From Moniliella sp. 'wahieum' (lineage: Eukaryota), in contig RSEE01000013.1 in assembly GCA_003971905.1 (NCBI GenBank), positions 372,001 through 436,000 on the forward strand: DNA of 64,000 bases. The letters run 5' to 3'. Made by a program: the position numbers and the translations under genes. Within the stretch, counting starts at the first letter, position 1; each line of letters starts with the position of its first letter. Positions 13,416 through 26,159 of this stretch are shown in pieces. A model generated the notes under the pieces. The model made no database searches and was not told the DNA's origin. It was given only the letters and a program-made list of their open reading frames with translations.

Positions 13416-13811
13416 AGAAGCTGGCTTCGAGCAAGCCCAAGCCCAAGAAGGCCAGTGGCGTTCCGCCCCCACTCAATGCTCGGGTTCTGTCCCAAGGCAT
13501 TGGCTTGGCACTGAGCGCGTCAATTGTCAAAACAACCCGCGCGCTGCCAAGTACATGTTCAGCTGAATGGGCCTCCTATCCCTGCCTCCCCCACATTTTT
13601 GCCGCATTGCCCCTGTACCTCGCACTCCTGCCTGTCTCTCAAGTATTGCATACAGACCCCCCCCCCACACCTGTTAGATCTGGATCGGATTAGAACAGGT
13701 CTTCTACTCGCCTGGGCATCTCAGATCTCATCGCTGAAAACGAGCGCAACAAGTCAGTTTCAGCTGATAGGAGCAAGGAACAGAGAAAGCCGTAGTTATA
13801 CCCTTCCACCC

Positions 13812-15103
13812 CCTAACATCTGCTTCGAGTAGTACTGTTCAATATCAATGCCGCATAAGATCTTTTTGACATCACAAGTCGATCGCCATAACTTGATCGC
13901 CATACCTTTTCGATACAGATGGTTCTCCCGGTTGCTGGGCAGGTTGGAATTGATTGCCACACCCATACGTTTGGGGTATCAAACCCACGTGCTCATACCC
14001 ATACGCCGGTGCATGGTGATCAGTACCCGGGCTCGCGTTGGATGAAATTGAGATACTAGTATCGCGTCGCGCTCATTTTGCGCACATGTCGCCGTGCGTA
14101 CATATGGTGGAGACTTGCAAGTTGTTTTCGCGCATCTTGTCGGTGAGCCATCGACGTTGTGGCGCATGATGCCAAAGATGAGACGGCTTGAGTGACGGCC
14201 AACGTATCGAACAGACCGTCCAAGGCCACCCCCCCTCCTTTTCGCGACCGGGACAAAAAGCGCAACCCGCGCCTCCAGTGCCAACTCATCGCACTTCCGA
14301 CCAAAATGCGGATTGGGTCGCTCATCTAACTTTCTCGTCTCATCTCCAGAACGTGGTGTGTATGGCAACGGGACCGACAGCAGCGCTCTACGTCCCCAGA
14401 GGTAACCAATTAGTCATGTGCGCGGGCGCACCAACCACAGAGCAGTACCTACACTTGGGTAGCCGGGGGGGGGAAAGTAGCGGTAAATACTACATATTGG
14501 AATGTTAGACCTGGTCTTTAAACCCTAGAATCGAGCAGCATGTCTCGCTTTCGTCCTACTAACGTTCTTGGTCTTGAGAAAGCGGCAGCGAGAATCATGT
14601 CGAAGACACGACCGGGAGTTCTGGTAACGACTTGCACGCCCGCATCAAGCTTACGAATGTCCTCTCCAACGGAAGCGCCGCCAATGCCAGCATGGCACAA
14701 TATTCATCTATAATCGCCGAGAGGGTGAGATGTCCGACTGGATTTTTTGTTGCCAACTGGCGAGTGGGGGCTAATAGGATCAGGACCTGGGGATCGCGAA
14801 GGAGAGTACTGATGGAGACTGGTGCATGGCCACTGAAAACCGTCGGGGGTTTATCCGTCCCGCTCGGAGCCCGGGCAATCACGCACGCGCCGCGCCACGA
14901 GATGGATAGAATGGCGCGTGGTTCATTGGATGTGGCCGAGGGCGTTGCCCGACAAGGTGTATAGTGGCAACACATCATAATAGATGCCGCGTCCCAGGCC
15001 GCCCCTTTCAGACCAAGCGAATTGAAGGCGCGGGGACGATTTGATTTCGCAAGACTCAAAAACGAGCGTGCCATCGTATACATGGCACGTTGGGGCCGCT
15101 CAT
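13812..15103 (-). pseudogene. FAL1: Degenerate eIF4A-III / FAL1 DEAD-box helicase pseudogene
   Basis: ATG at 15103 (ctccaccATG). Collinear fragments: [157 protein letters not shown]. Many stops, indels and substitutions. Confidence 0.85.
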
Positions 15104-15106
15104 GGT

Positions 15107-15181
15107 GGAGAAGGAGGAGAAGGAGAAGGCGAAGGCGAAGGAAAGGAGAAGGAGAAGGCGAAGGCGAAGGAAAGGAGAAGA
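15107..15181 (+). repeat. GAAGG(A/C) hexamer-based purine-rich repeat just upstream of the FAL1 pseudogene ATG, in the divergent FAL1/DBP2 interval
   Basis: ggagaaggaggagaaggagaaggcgaaggcgaaggaaaggagaaggagaaggcgaaggcgaaggaaaggagaaga. Confidence 0.8.
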
Positions 15182-15592
15182 GACGATGGCGGTGCGGCCG
15201 GGCGAAAGGACGGTTGGCGGGATAGATGGGTGCTGTGGGGCAAACCAACCCAGTGGCTTGGGATCTTTCAGCATGTCATATGTCCCCGGAATTTGAAACT
15301 TGTGTTTCAAATGGCGCCAAGGACGAAGCGGGCGGAACCGAGCGGAACGGGGAAGGCGCATTGGTGCGGCCTCGTGGCAGGGCGGCGGAATGAGATCACA
15401 CTGGCGCTGTGCGCTGCGATCGTTGGCTGGCGTCGTGGCGGCACACGCCGACGTGGTAGCAGCTTGGCATGGCAGCTGGCTGGCAGTAGGCATCGCATCT
15501 CGTCTTGCGCGCCTCGGCCCCACCTGTCCCTTTGTCCTGTCCCATCATCCACATTGTCCCATCTGGACTTGCTTGCAACTGCCAGATTGAAC

Positions 15593-18162
15593 ATGTCATA
15601 CGGATACGGAGGCAGCCGCAACGGCGGTGATTACCCGGACTACTCGTCCGCAGCTACGGAGGTGGTGGTGGTGGCGGCGGCTACTAACGGCGGTGACCGT
15701 TACGGTGGCGGTGGCGGCGGCTACTCTAACGGCGGTGACCGTTACGGTGGCGGTGGCGATCGGTACGGCGGTGGTGCTGCTGGTGACCGGTACGGTGGAG
15801 GCGGAGGTGATCGGTACGGTGCCAGTGGTGGCGACCGATACGGCGGCAGCGGTGGTGACCGGTACGGCGGCGGGGGAGGCGACCGTTATGGAGGCGGTGA
15901 CCGCTACGGCGGCGGTGGCGGCTATGGCGGAGGTGGCTACGGAGGTGGCTACGGAGGGTACGACAGCTATGGTGGCGGGGACCGCATGGGCAACCTGGGT
16001 GCCAATTTGCGGTCGGTTGACTGGGCCACCCAAGCGCTTCCGCCGGTCAAGAAAGACTTCTACAAGGAAGCGCCCTCTGTTACCGCGCGTACGCCCGAGC
16101 AGATTGAAGCGTTCCGGAAGGAGAAGCAAATGACAGTCCGGGGATCCAATGTCCCGCGTCCGATCGAGACGTTTGAAGAGGCCGGATTCCCCGACGTGCT
16201 CACTCAAGAGCTTCTTTCGATGGGCTTTTCAAGCCCCACGCCAATCCAGTCGCAGGCTTGGCCTATGGCCTTGTCAGGCCACGATATGGTCGCTATCGCC
16301 GAGACGGGGTCGGGGAAGACCATTGGATTTGCGCTGCCCGCCATTGTGCATGTCCATGCCCAGCCCCCGCTCAAGCCCGGTGATGGGCCCATTGCTCTCT
16401 TCCTTGCGCCGACGCGTGAACTGGCGAACCAGATCCAAGGCGAGTGCGACAAGTTCCGTCGCGCGTCCCACATCAACACCGTCGCGGTATATGGCGGTGT
16501 GCCCAAGGGCCAACAAATCCGAGAGCTGTCGCGCGGTGCCGACATTGTGGTTGCCACGCCAGGCCGGCTGATTGACATGCTGGAGGGCGGCAAGACCAAC
16601 CTGCGCCGGGTGACGTATGTGGTGATGGACGAAGCGGACCGTATGCTGGATATGGGCTTTGAACCTCAAATCCGCAAAGTGCTCGACCAAATCCGTCCGG
16701 ACCGGCAAACGCTCATGTTCTCGGCCACCTGGCCTCGGGACGTGCAAAATTTGGCCCGCGATTTCCTGCACGACGGCTACCAGGTCAACATTGGTAGTCA
16801 AGATTTGGCCGCGAACCACAATGTGACCCAGGTGGTAGGTCATGACTGACTTTGACAAGCGTTCCAAGCTTGTTTCCCACCTTGAACACATTAGCCAAGA
16901 GAACGCCAAGGTCATCATTTTTGTCAACACCAAGCGCACCGCGGACGAGTTGACCAAATTCCTGCGCCAGGATGGCTGGCCCGCTCTCAGCATTCACGGA
17001 GACAAGCAGCAACAAGAACGTGACTGGGTCCTGGCCCAGTTCAAGTCGGGCGAATCGCCCATCCTCGTTGCCACCGCGGTGGCATCGCGTGGTCTTGGTA
17101 AGTCCGTTTTCCCATTTTTAATTCATTCTCTTACCTTGTGTATTTCTCTTGTTTCTTCCCAGGCGGCCGCTCTTTTGGCATCCTGCCGTGCCTCGAACAC
17201 GGTGGACGATCCTCCTTGCCTGCTGCTCCCCTCCGCCCGCACGGCGAGGTAGGTGGGTTTGGGCAGACTAGTCAGTGCCTACTGTGGCTGTGCTTGAAGA
17301 CCTTTGGGGACTTGTCGGGATCTGTTTCCTCGTCTAGGGGGCGGAGAGCGAGACTGAGACACATTGGCCAACATGTGTTTCGCCCCGCTTGGGCCTGGTA
17401 CGCTGGCTGGGCAAGGGGACGCGCCTCGTGCGGATCGACTTTGTGGGCGTCAGGGCGTGCTGGACTTGCGCCTTTTGTCGGCCCCACACAAGGAGAGATG
17501 GCCGCGGGTAGCACGAGATTTCTTCTTTGGGGAGAGAAATGGCGCATGTGGACTGGACTGCTTCTTTTTTTTCCTTCTCCCTTCTCCCTTCTCCCCCCTC
17601 CCCCCCTCCCCCCCTCTCCCTCCTCGCCTCTCCCCTCGCCCATGTCCACATCGTCCCTTTCCTCTCTGGGGTTTCCCTCTGTTTCCGGTCCTGCTGCGCA
17701 GCCACCGGCGCAGGACTGGTTCCCATCGGTGCATACTGACGGTTCCCCTCTCTCGTTTGCAGACGTCAAGGACATTTCGTATGTGCTCAACTACGACATG
17801 GTGGGCAACATTGAAGACTATGTTCATCAGATTGGCCGTACCGGCCGTGCCGGTGCCAAGGGCACAGCCATCACCTTCTTCACCTCGGCCAATGCCAAGT
17901 CGGCGCGGGATCTGATCAAGATCCTTCGTGAGGCTAAGCAGGCTATCCCCCCGGAGCTGGAAGAGATGGCGGCCTACTCGGGCGGTGGCGGCGGCGGCGC
18001 TACCGCGGTGTGGATCCCGTGCGGGGGATACCGGGGCGGTGGAGCGCGCAGGTACGTCTGTCTCCCTCGCAATGCTTTGCTATTGGGCGCGCATGTACTG
18101 ACTGACGATTTGGGGTTGGCAGTGGTCCGAATGCCTACTCGATGGGCAGCAGCCGGTGGTAA
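15593..18162 (+). CDS. DBP2: DEAD-box RNA helicase Dbp2 (DDX5/p68 orthologue); exons 15593-17097, 17763-18051, 18123-18162
   Basis: GGDRY/YGG-rich N-terminus; Q motif ([10 protein letters not shown]), [77 protein letters not shown]-terminal SSRW*. Long intron 17098-17762 (GTAAGT...TACTGAC...GCAG) at the RGL-D position; short intron 18052-18122; frameshift near 16840. Confidence 0.97.
17098..17762 (+). other. 665-nt conserved-position DBP2 intron with internal splice signals
   Basis: 5'SS GTAAGT at 17098; branch TACTGAC ~17734-17740; 3'SS CAG at 17762. Internal polypyrimidine tract plus AG at 17161-17162 and internal GTAGGT at 17249. Confidence 0.9.
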
Positions 18163-19498
18163 GGCGGATCTTCCCCTCTCTGTAGTAGCTGCTTGCTTGC
18201 TTCCTGGCCACCATGTGCCAGGGTGACGCGGCGTAGTGGAGGGTGCTGCATGCGATCTGTGTGATCCTCTGTGGCCGTTGCTCCACTGATGAAGTTTTTC
18301 TCTTTCTTGTTTGCTTAGGCTGGGATGGGATGGGGTGTGAGACGCAAGGCAGAGACTAAGGGTGGCAGAGAGCGAGGGGGGGCGATCGGGCGACAGGATG
18401 ATGGATGGGATGTTGGGACCCGTGGTCCCGTACTTAGGCCAAGGCGCCTCATCACCTTCACCCCTGATTTGTCCTCCGAAGCCTCCACGTGTATACTCAG
18501 GCTTGTCTGAACCCCTGTCTCTAGGTGTGGCACAAGGCTTAGACCTTAACCACCACCATCGCGATTGCATTGCTCTACATTTCCAGAGGTTCTTCACCCA
18601 TCCCTTGGGTTCCTCCGGTCTTACATGGGATGTGCACTACATGCACGTGGCTCCACACGGCGCGTGCCGCTGGACGTGTGCTGCAGCTGCATTTGCGCTC
18701 GCTCGGCAGCCTGCACTGGCGCGGTGGCTGGGCGGCGGAGGCGGCCCAAGTAGGACAGGTCGCTAGCGTGCGTGCTCCGCATGCCCCCGGCATGCGACAG
18801 CTGTCGGGCCAGTGGCCGCGCGGGGGCGCATGCGCATGCGCAGCCGCCCGCTGCCTGCCGCCGCCCGCGCGAGGGGAGCGCCGGTAGCACTGCGGTCGCC
18901 GGTAGGGCCACCTGCTCGCGGCTGGGGCCCTGCGCTAGGCCTCCTTCGCCCTCTGCGCAGCTCGGCGGCAGTGCTTGTCCGTCGGCGCACACAGGCGCAG
19001 ACACACGCCGCCCGCCAGGCCCCCCCGCAGCACCCACTGCGGGCACTCGGGCGCACGTGCCACACCAACACCAGCCGCGAGCACGCCAGGGCGCGCCACA
19101 ATGCCCCCCTCCATGGCCCAATGCAGGCGGCGCCCTGCCTGCGGCTGCGCCCCCCCCCCATTTCTCACCCCCCACCACCCCATCCTGCATCCACGCCGGC
19201 CGCTGCCACGTCACACGGCCCACATCACCCCTCGCGCGCGCCCTCCCCGTCGCCTGTCGCCCCCACTCCGTCACGCGCCGTGCGTGGATGCTTCCCCAGG
19301 CATCACACAGCAAACAGCATCCTCACCGCTCACTCACGTCACCCCACCCCGCCCCCCTCCGCCGCCGCTCGGTGACGTCAGCCTTCAGCACGGCGTCTCG
19401 CGCGCCCCTGCGCCGCCAACCGCCCTTTTCAGCCCGCCTCTGGCCATCGCCTGCGTCTCTGCTCCACCGCCCCTCCCCCCTCCCCCCTCCACACCACC

Positions 19499-21168
<1,670 letters not shown>

Positions 21169-22045
21169 GCTACCTGTCACGGATGCCACCGGCCGCTCCG
21201 GATCGGATCTGGGTCGTGGTGGTGCTGTGTGGTTTGCACCAGGTTGGTGGGATAGCTTGGGATTGGCGCTTGGCGCGCGCGCTCGTTTTGCATTGATGGG
21301 TCGTCTGGATTCTGGGCACGTGTAGGATTGTTCCACGTCGGGCGCGATGCGCATGGTTGGTTCTACGATCTCCGCCCCCAACTGGATGTTTCCACGTTCG
21401 TTGACGTGCCTCTTATTTATCGCCAGGGAACTGGGTGGGGTGTATGGATAGTCTAGTTTGGCGTGGTTGGTTTCAAGAGGGCGGACACAGGTCGGTTCGG
21501 CTTGTCTGTCGAGAGCCCACGCAGTGGGTGGGGCACGAGCGCTCGCCGGCGGGCAGGCTGGTATCTGAGCTCTGATCCCAAAAGCCTGCTGCGTCCGTCG
21601 TCGAGAATAAGGGGATTTGGAGTGCATGTATGACAGTGGTGCTGTGAGAGCTTCGAACATAGGCCTCGGCAGACAAGTCTCCCCGGCTATTCTATAACAC
21701 TCTTCCATCCCCCGTGCATTCTATTTTCGGCGAGTGCGGTTTGTACTTTGGTTCAGTGTACGAAGGGGGACTGGCAGATGGTCGCTATCAATCTTAACCT
21801 GGACCGGCCTTAGGCCATCAAGGAAATACAGAGAGCGTATACAGCCGCGATACCCAATGATCTTAATGATCGTTAAGGCATCAAATGCGTCTTCAAGGAG
21901 CATCGAAACAGAGGGGACCGTGCACCTCTTCGCGCATTTCCATTATTCCGCCCTGCCGGCTGGACGGGCGTAGAGTAGAACATTTCATCTCATTTTGTCC
22001 GTCGCAGCGCTTCTTTCCCGTTCCACCCCACCTCGCTCTTCTCCC

Positions 22046-22111
22046 TTGCCACCGCCTTGCCACCGCTTTGCCACCGCCTTGCCACCGCTTTGCCACCGCC
22101 TTGCCACCATG
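22046..22111 (+). repeat. Six tandem 11-mers TTGCCACCGC(C/T), the last ending in the ADE2 ATG
   Basis: ttgccaccgcc ttgccaccgct ttgccaccgcc ttgccaccgct ttgccaccgcc ttgccaccATG. Confidence 0.95.
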
Positions 22112-23967
22112 GATTCACGCACTGTTGGCCTTCTGGGGGGCGGCCAGCTGGGGCGCATGTTCGCTGCTGCCGCACAGCGCCTCAATGTGCGGGTACTTTT
22201 CCTCGATGTGGGAGACCAGGCGCCTGCCAAGCAGGTTGCCTATGAGCCCGGCCCTCCCGGCCAGCTCTTGGCGCATGTCGATGGCTCCTTTGCTGACCCA
22301 GCCAAGATCGAAGAGCTGGCAAGCAAGGTGGACGTGCTGACGGTTGAGATTGAACATGTCGATTCGGATCATCTGCAACGTGTCCTGGATCAGGGCCTGG
22401 TGCAGGCTGTGCATCCTTCCCCCCAGACGCTCAAGACGATTCAAGACAGTACCAGCAAAAGATCCACCTTTCCTCTCAGGGCATCCCGGTCGCTGACTAC
22501 CTTCCCATTGATCCGGATGTCCCCAAGGGTCAAACGCCCGACCCGATTCGGCTCGAGGAGAGCACCCGCGATGCCGCCGACGCATTTGGCTTGCCTCTTC
22601 TGCTCAAGTCCCGTCGTCAAGCTTACGATGGCAAGGGCAACTTTGTTCTGCGCACGATTGAGGAAATTCCTCAGGCGATTGCCGCCTGATGCGGGAAGGG
22701 CGGGGCTGTATGCGGAAGAAGATGGTGGACTTTGTTGCTGAAGTGGCTGTGATGGTCGTGCGTGGTGAACAGGGCGAGGTGGTGAGCTACCTGCTGTTGA
22801 AACGGTGCACCGGGACAACATTTGCCACACCGTCTTTGCGCCCTTGCGAAGCGAGGACCCGGATGTGGAGCCCCGTGCCAGGGCGATCGCGGAGCGGGCG
22901 GTGGCCACCTTTGCAGGTGCCGGCGTGTTTGGCGTCGAGATGTTCTTACTGGCTGATGGCGAGCTGCTGGTCAACGAAATTGCGCCCCGCCCTCATAACT
23001 CGGGCCACTACACGATCGAAGCGTGCGAAACGTCGCAGTACGAGAACCATCTGCGTGCTGTGCTGGGTCTCCCGCTTGGCTCCACTGCCCTCGCCGTCCC
23101 CGCGGCCGGGATGATCAACATTCTGGGGCTGGCGGATCTGGACAAGGATCCAGCGGCGCTTCAACGCACCTACCTTTCCGCTCGCGCGAGCTTGCATGTG
23201 CCTGGGGCCAGCTTGCACCTGTATGGAAAGACAGGCTGCCGCAAGGGACGGAAAATGGGCCACATCACCGTCGTGGGTCCAACGGATGGCGGTACATGCG
23301 CGCATCAGTGCGCTGGACACGATGCAAGAGGCAGGCCGGACGGTTCCCAGTCACGAACTGGAAAACCGGCTGCTGGTATCGCGTACGGCGTTGGAAGAGG
23401 CTGGCGATGCGGCGCCCGAATCGATTTACCAACCCAAGTCGGCAGCGGACTTCCAGCACCCGAGCCACTGGTGGGCATCGTCATGGGCTCCGACTCGGAC
23501 TTGCCAGTGATGCTGGCTGCGGCCGAGGCGATGAAGGATTTTGGTGTGCCGTTTGAACTTACCATTACCTCGGCGCATCGGACGCCGGACCGGATGCGCG
23601 ACTATGCGCGGGTGCTGCGCCGCGCGGGCTGCGGGTGATCATTGCCGGTGCTGGTGGCGCGGCGCATTTGCCTGGCATGGTGGCTGCGCAGACGGCGTTG
23701 CCGGTGATTGGTGTGCCGGTCAAGGGATCGACGTTGGGCGGGGGGACTCGCTGCATAGTATTGTGCAGATGCCCCGGCATCCCGGTCGCCACGGTGGCAA
23801 TCAACAATGCGATGAACGCTGGCTTGCTCGCCGTGCGCATCTTGGCCGCCTCCAACCCCGTCTTTCTCACCCGCATGCAAAAGTACATGGATGATATGTG
23901 CCAGGGCGTGTACGACAAGGTGTCCCGGCTCGAGGACCTGGGCTGGAACTACACGGCTAAGAAGTGA
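22109..23967 (+). CDS. ADE2: Phosphoribosylaminoimidazole carboxylase (PurK-PurE fusion)
   Basis: [121 protein letters not shown]. Multiple frameshifts. Confidence 0.97.
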
Positions 23968-23968
23968 A

Positions 23969-24052
23969 GCCAACCAAATCACTCCAAACCAAACCAAACC
24001 AACCCAAAGCCAAGCCAAACCAAACCAAACCAAAGCAACGCAACGCAAACCA
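23969..24052 (+). repeat. Imperfect (CCAAA)n pentamer microsatellite in the ADE2 3' region
   Basis: gccaaccaaatcactccaaaccaaaccaaaccaacccaaagccaagccaaaccaaaccaaaccaaagcaacgcaacgcaaacca. Confidence 0.85.
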
Positions 24053-24816
24053 AGTACATACAGGACAGATGCGGCTTTTCGGGACACGATGTTGTGCTTG
24101 TCTTCGTGATCAATATTTACTTGTCCTACTAGTGGGTGAAGAACGGTGAACTAATATGATCCACCAGTCAAATCGCATTTCTTGCATCGCACGTACTATG
24201 CTCGCCGTCCGAGTCCGCTTGCAGCGCTGGGATCTGTATCTGAACAAGAGAGGCAGGGTACCTGGTCAGCTGACGCCTGATTTAACGTAGTAGTGTAGCA
24301 CGTATTCCACAATCTGCTCGTGACCCCCCTCCGTGGGTCCTCGAGGGCACATCGCACTCGCACCTCCACCTTCTTGAGTCGGTCGAAACGGTGCGGAATC
24401 CGCATCCTGTGGCTACACTCCGCCTGGGGCGCAGGCGCGTCGCGAACAGTCGAACGTACGAATGGATAGGATGCACGAAAGAGACCGAGGAGAAAAGGAA
24501 CACTGTTGAATGGAATGTCGACTATAGTACCTGTAGTCCTCCCATCAATCAACCAATCAAAGTCCTCCACACCCATACCCCAATCGAATCGGAGCACCGT
24601 CGGCTCGAGACGCCCAGTCCCAGCCGCAGCGCACGCCGGCCCGTCGAGGACCATAAGTGCCAAGTGGCTAGTGACTGCGATGCCCGTGACGGTTTGTTCT
24701 GCTGGCTACGCCTGGGCTATCCTCTTGTCGCCCGCCAGGAGGGCGAGTGGTTAAGGAATGGCCTGTCGCTGGGGTGCACGGCTGGCAGTCAGCGTGTACT
24801 GGAGGGAGTAATGTGG

Positions 24817-24928
24817 ACTCAGACTGAGTACTCAGACTGAGTACTCAGACTGAGTACCGATGCACCGATGCAGATGCATAGGGTTGAACGTTGGTTGAAC
24901 GTTAAACGTTAAACGTTAACCGGTAACC
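24817..24928. repeat. Palindromic micro-arrays: (ACTCAGACTGAGT)x3 and a 7-bp-phased GTTGAAC-GTTAAAC-GTTAAAC-GTTAACC-GGTAACC array
   Basis: Read directly at 24817-24855 and 24894-24928. Confidence 0.9.
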
Positions 24929-25358
24929 CTAGCCGGCCGCCAGGGTTTTGCCACTGTGGCACTGAGCGTCTGCGGCGTGGGGCGGGGCAGGGGGCGAGTG
25001 CAGCAGCCCAGTTGAGCTCAGCGCTCGGCTGCTCAGTCGCTCACTGAGCGTTTTTGTGTGACGGGTGACGCATGATGCATGAGGGTGGGCAACGCCACCC
25101 GCTTAGCGGAGCGCTTACTCGCTTACGCAGCAGCGGGCAGGCGGGCGCATGCGTGGCCGCGCGCCCCACTCGTCTACACTGGCTCCCCGCCGCCTGCTGG
25201 TGCGTCGGCTGGCCGACGTGTCGCCCGCCGCCTCGCCCGCCGCCTCGCCTCCGCCCCACCACTCGTGCTGCCTCTGCCCGCTGCCCGTCTCCCCTTCTGG
25301 TGCGTCCCCGCCCCCGCTCCCGTGTCCGCTGCCCCGCTGACCCCTCCGTCTGCCAGCC

Positions 25359-26159
25359 ATGTCCGCCCCCGCGAAGACTCTGTCTACCTCGCCAAGCTCG
25401 CCGAGCAGGCGGAGCGCTACGATGAGATGGTCGAGCAGATGAAGGCCGTTGCCTCCACCGACCAGGAACTCACCGTCGAGGAGCGCAACCTCCTCTCGGT
25501 TGCCTACAAAACGTTATTGGTGCCCGCCGTGCCTCGTGGCGCATTGCCTCCTCCATCGAGCAGAAGGAGGAGAGCAAGGGCAACGAGCACCATGTCGCCA
25601 TGATCAAGACCTACCGCGAGAAGATCGAGGCTGAGCTGGCCAAGATCTGCGAGGACATTCTTGCTGTGCTCGACAAGCACCTCATCCCCTCGGCCCAGTC
25701 GGGCGAGAGCAAAGTCTTCTATCACAAGATGAAGGGCGACTACTACCGCTACCTTGCCGAGTTTGCCACGGCGAGCGGAGGAAGGAAGCGGCCGACAAGT
25801 CGCTGGAGGCCTACCAAGCTGCCTCGGACGTTGCCGTGACCGACTTGCCGCCCACCCACCCCATCCGCCTCGGCCTGGCTCTCAACTTCTCGGTGTTCTA
25901 CTACGAGATTCTCAACTCGCCCGATCGCGCCTGCCACCTTGCCAAGCAGGCGTTTGATGATGCCATTGCCGAGCTCGACACGCTGTCGGAGGAGTCCTAC
26001 AAGGACTCGACGCTCATCATGCAGCTCTTGCGCGACAACCTTACCCTCTGGACTTCGGACATGCAGGAGAACGAGCAGCGGGCGCCCGAAGCTGAAGCCG
26101 CTCCTGCTCCAGAGGCCTCTGCCCCTGAAGAGGCACCCAAGCCCGAGGAGACGGCCTAA
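25359..26159 (+). CDS. BMH1: 14-3-3 protein
   Basis: [115 protein letters not shown]. Probable 5'UTR intron 25300-25356 (GTGCGT...GCTGAC...CAG). Frameshifts. Confidence 0.97.

Noticed and set aside
12143..13693. 516-aa ORF as a protein in its own right
   Set aside because: Only part of it is the true frame. The RNase H-like motifs lie in the other two + frames, and the long open frame reflects high GC plus indels.
15041..15592. 184-aa N-terminal extension of Dbp2 predicted by the ORF track
   Set aside because: It starts at a non-ATG codon and overlaps the FAL1 pseudogene start and the divergent promoter. The ATG at 15593 gives the typical MSYG start.
18600..19498. Multiple long overlapping ORFs upstream of UGP1 (similarly 30554-31667 and 54304-55146)
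   Set aside because: GC-rich promoter/UTR sequence with stop-codon depletion; the translations are low-complexity A/P/R and show no motifs.
24817..24928. CRISPR-like or telomeric array
   Set aside because: No unique spacers of CRISPR size, no cas genes, eukaryotic context, and the units are not TTAGGG-like.
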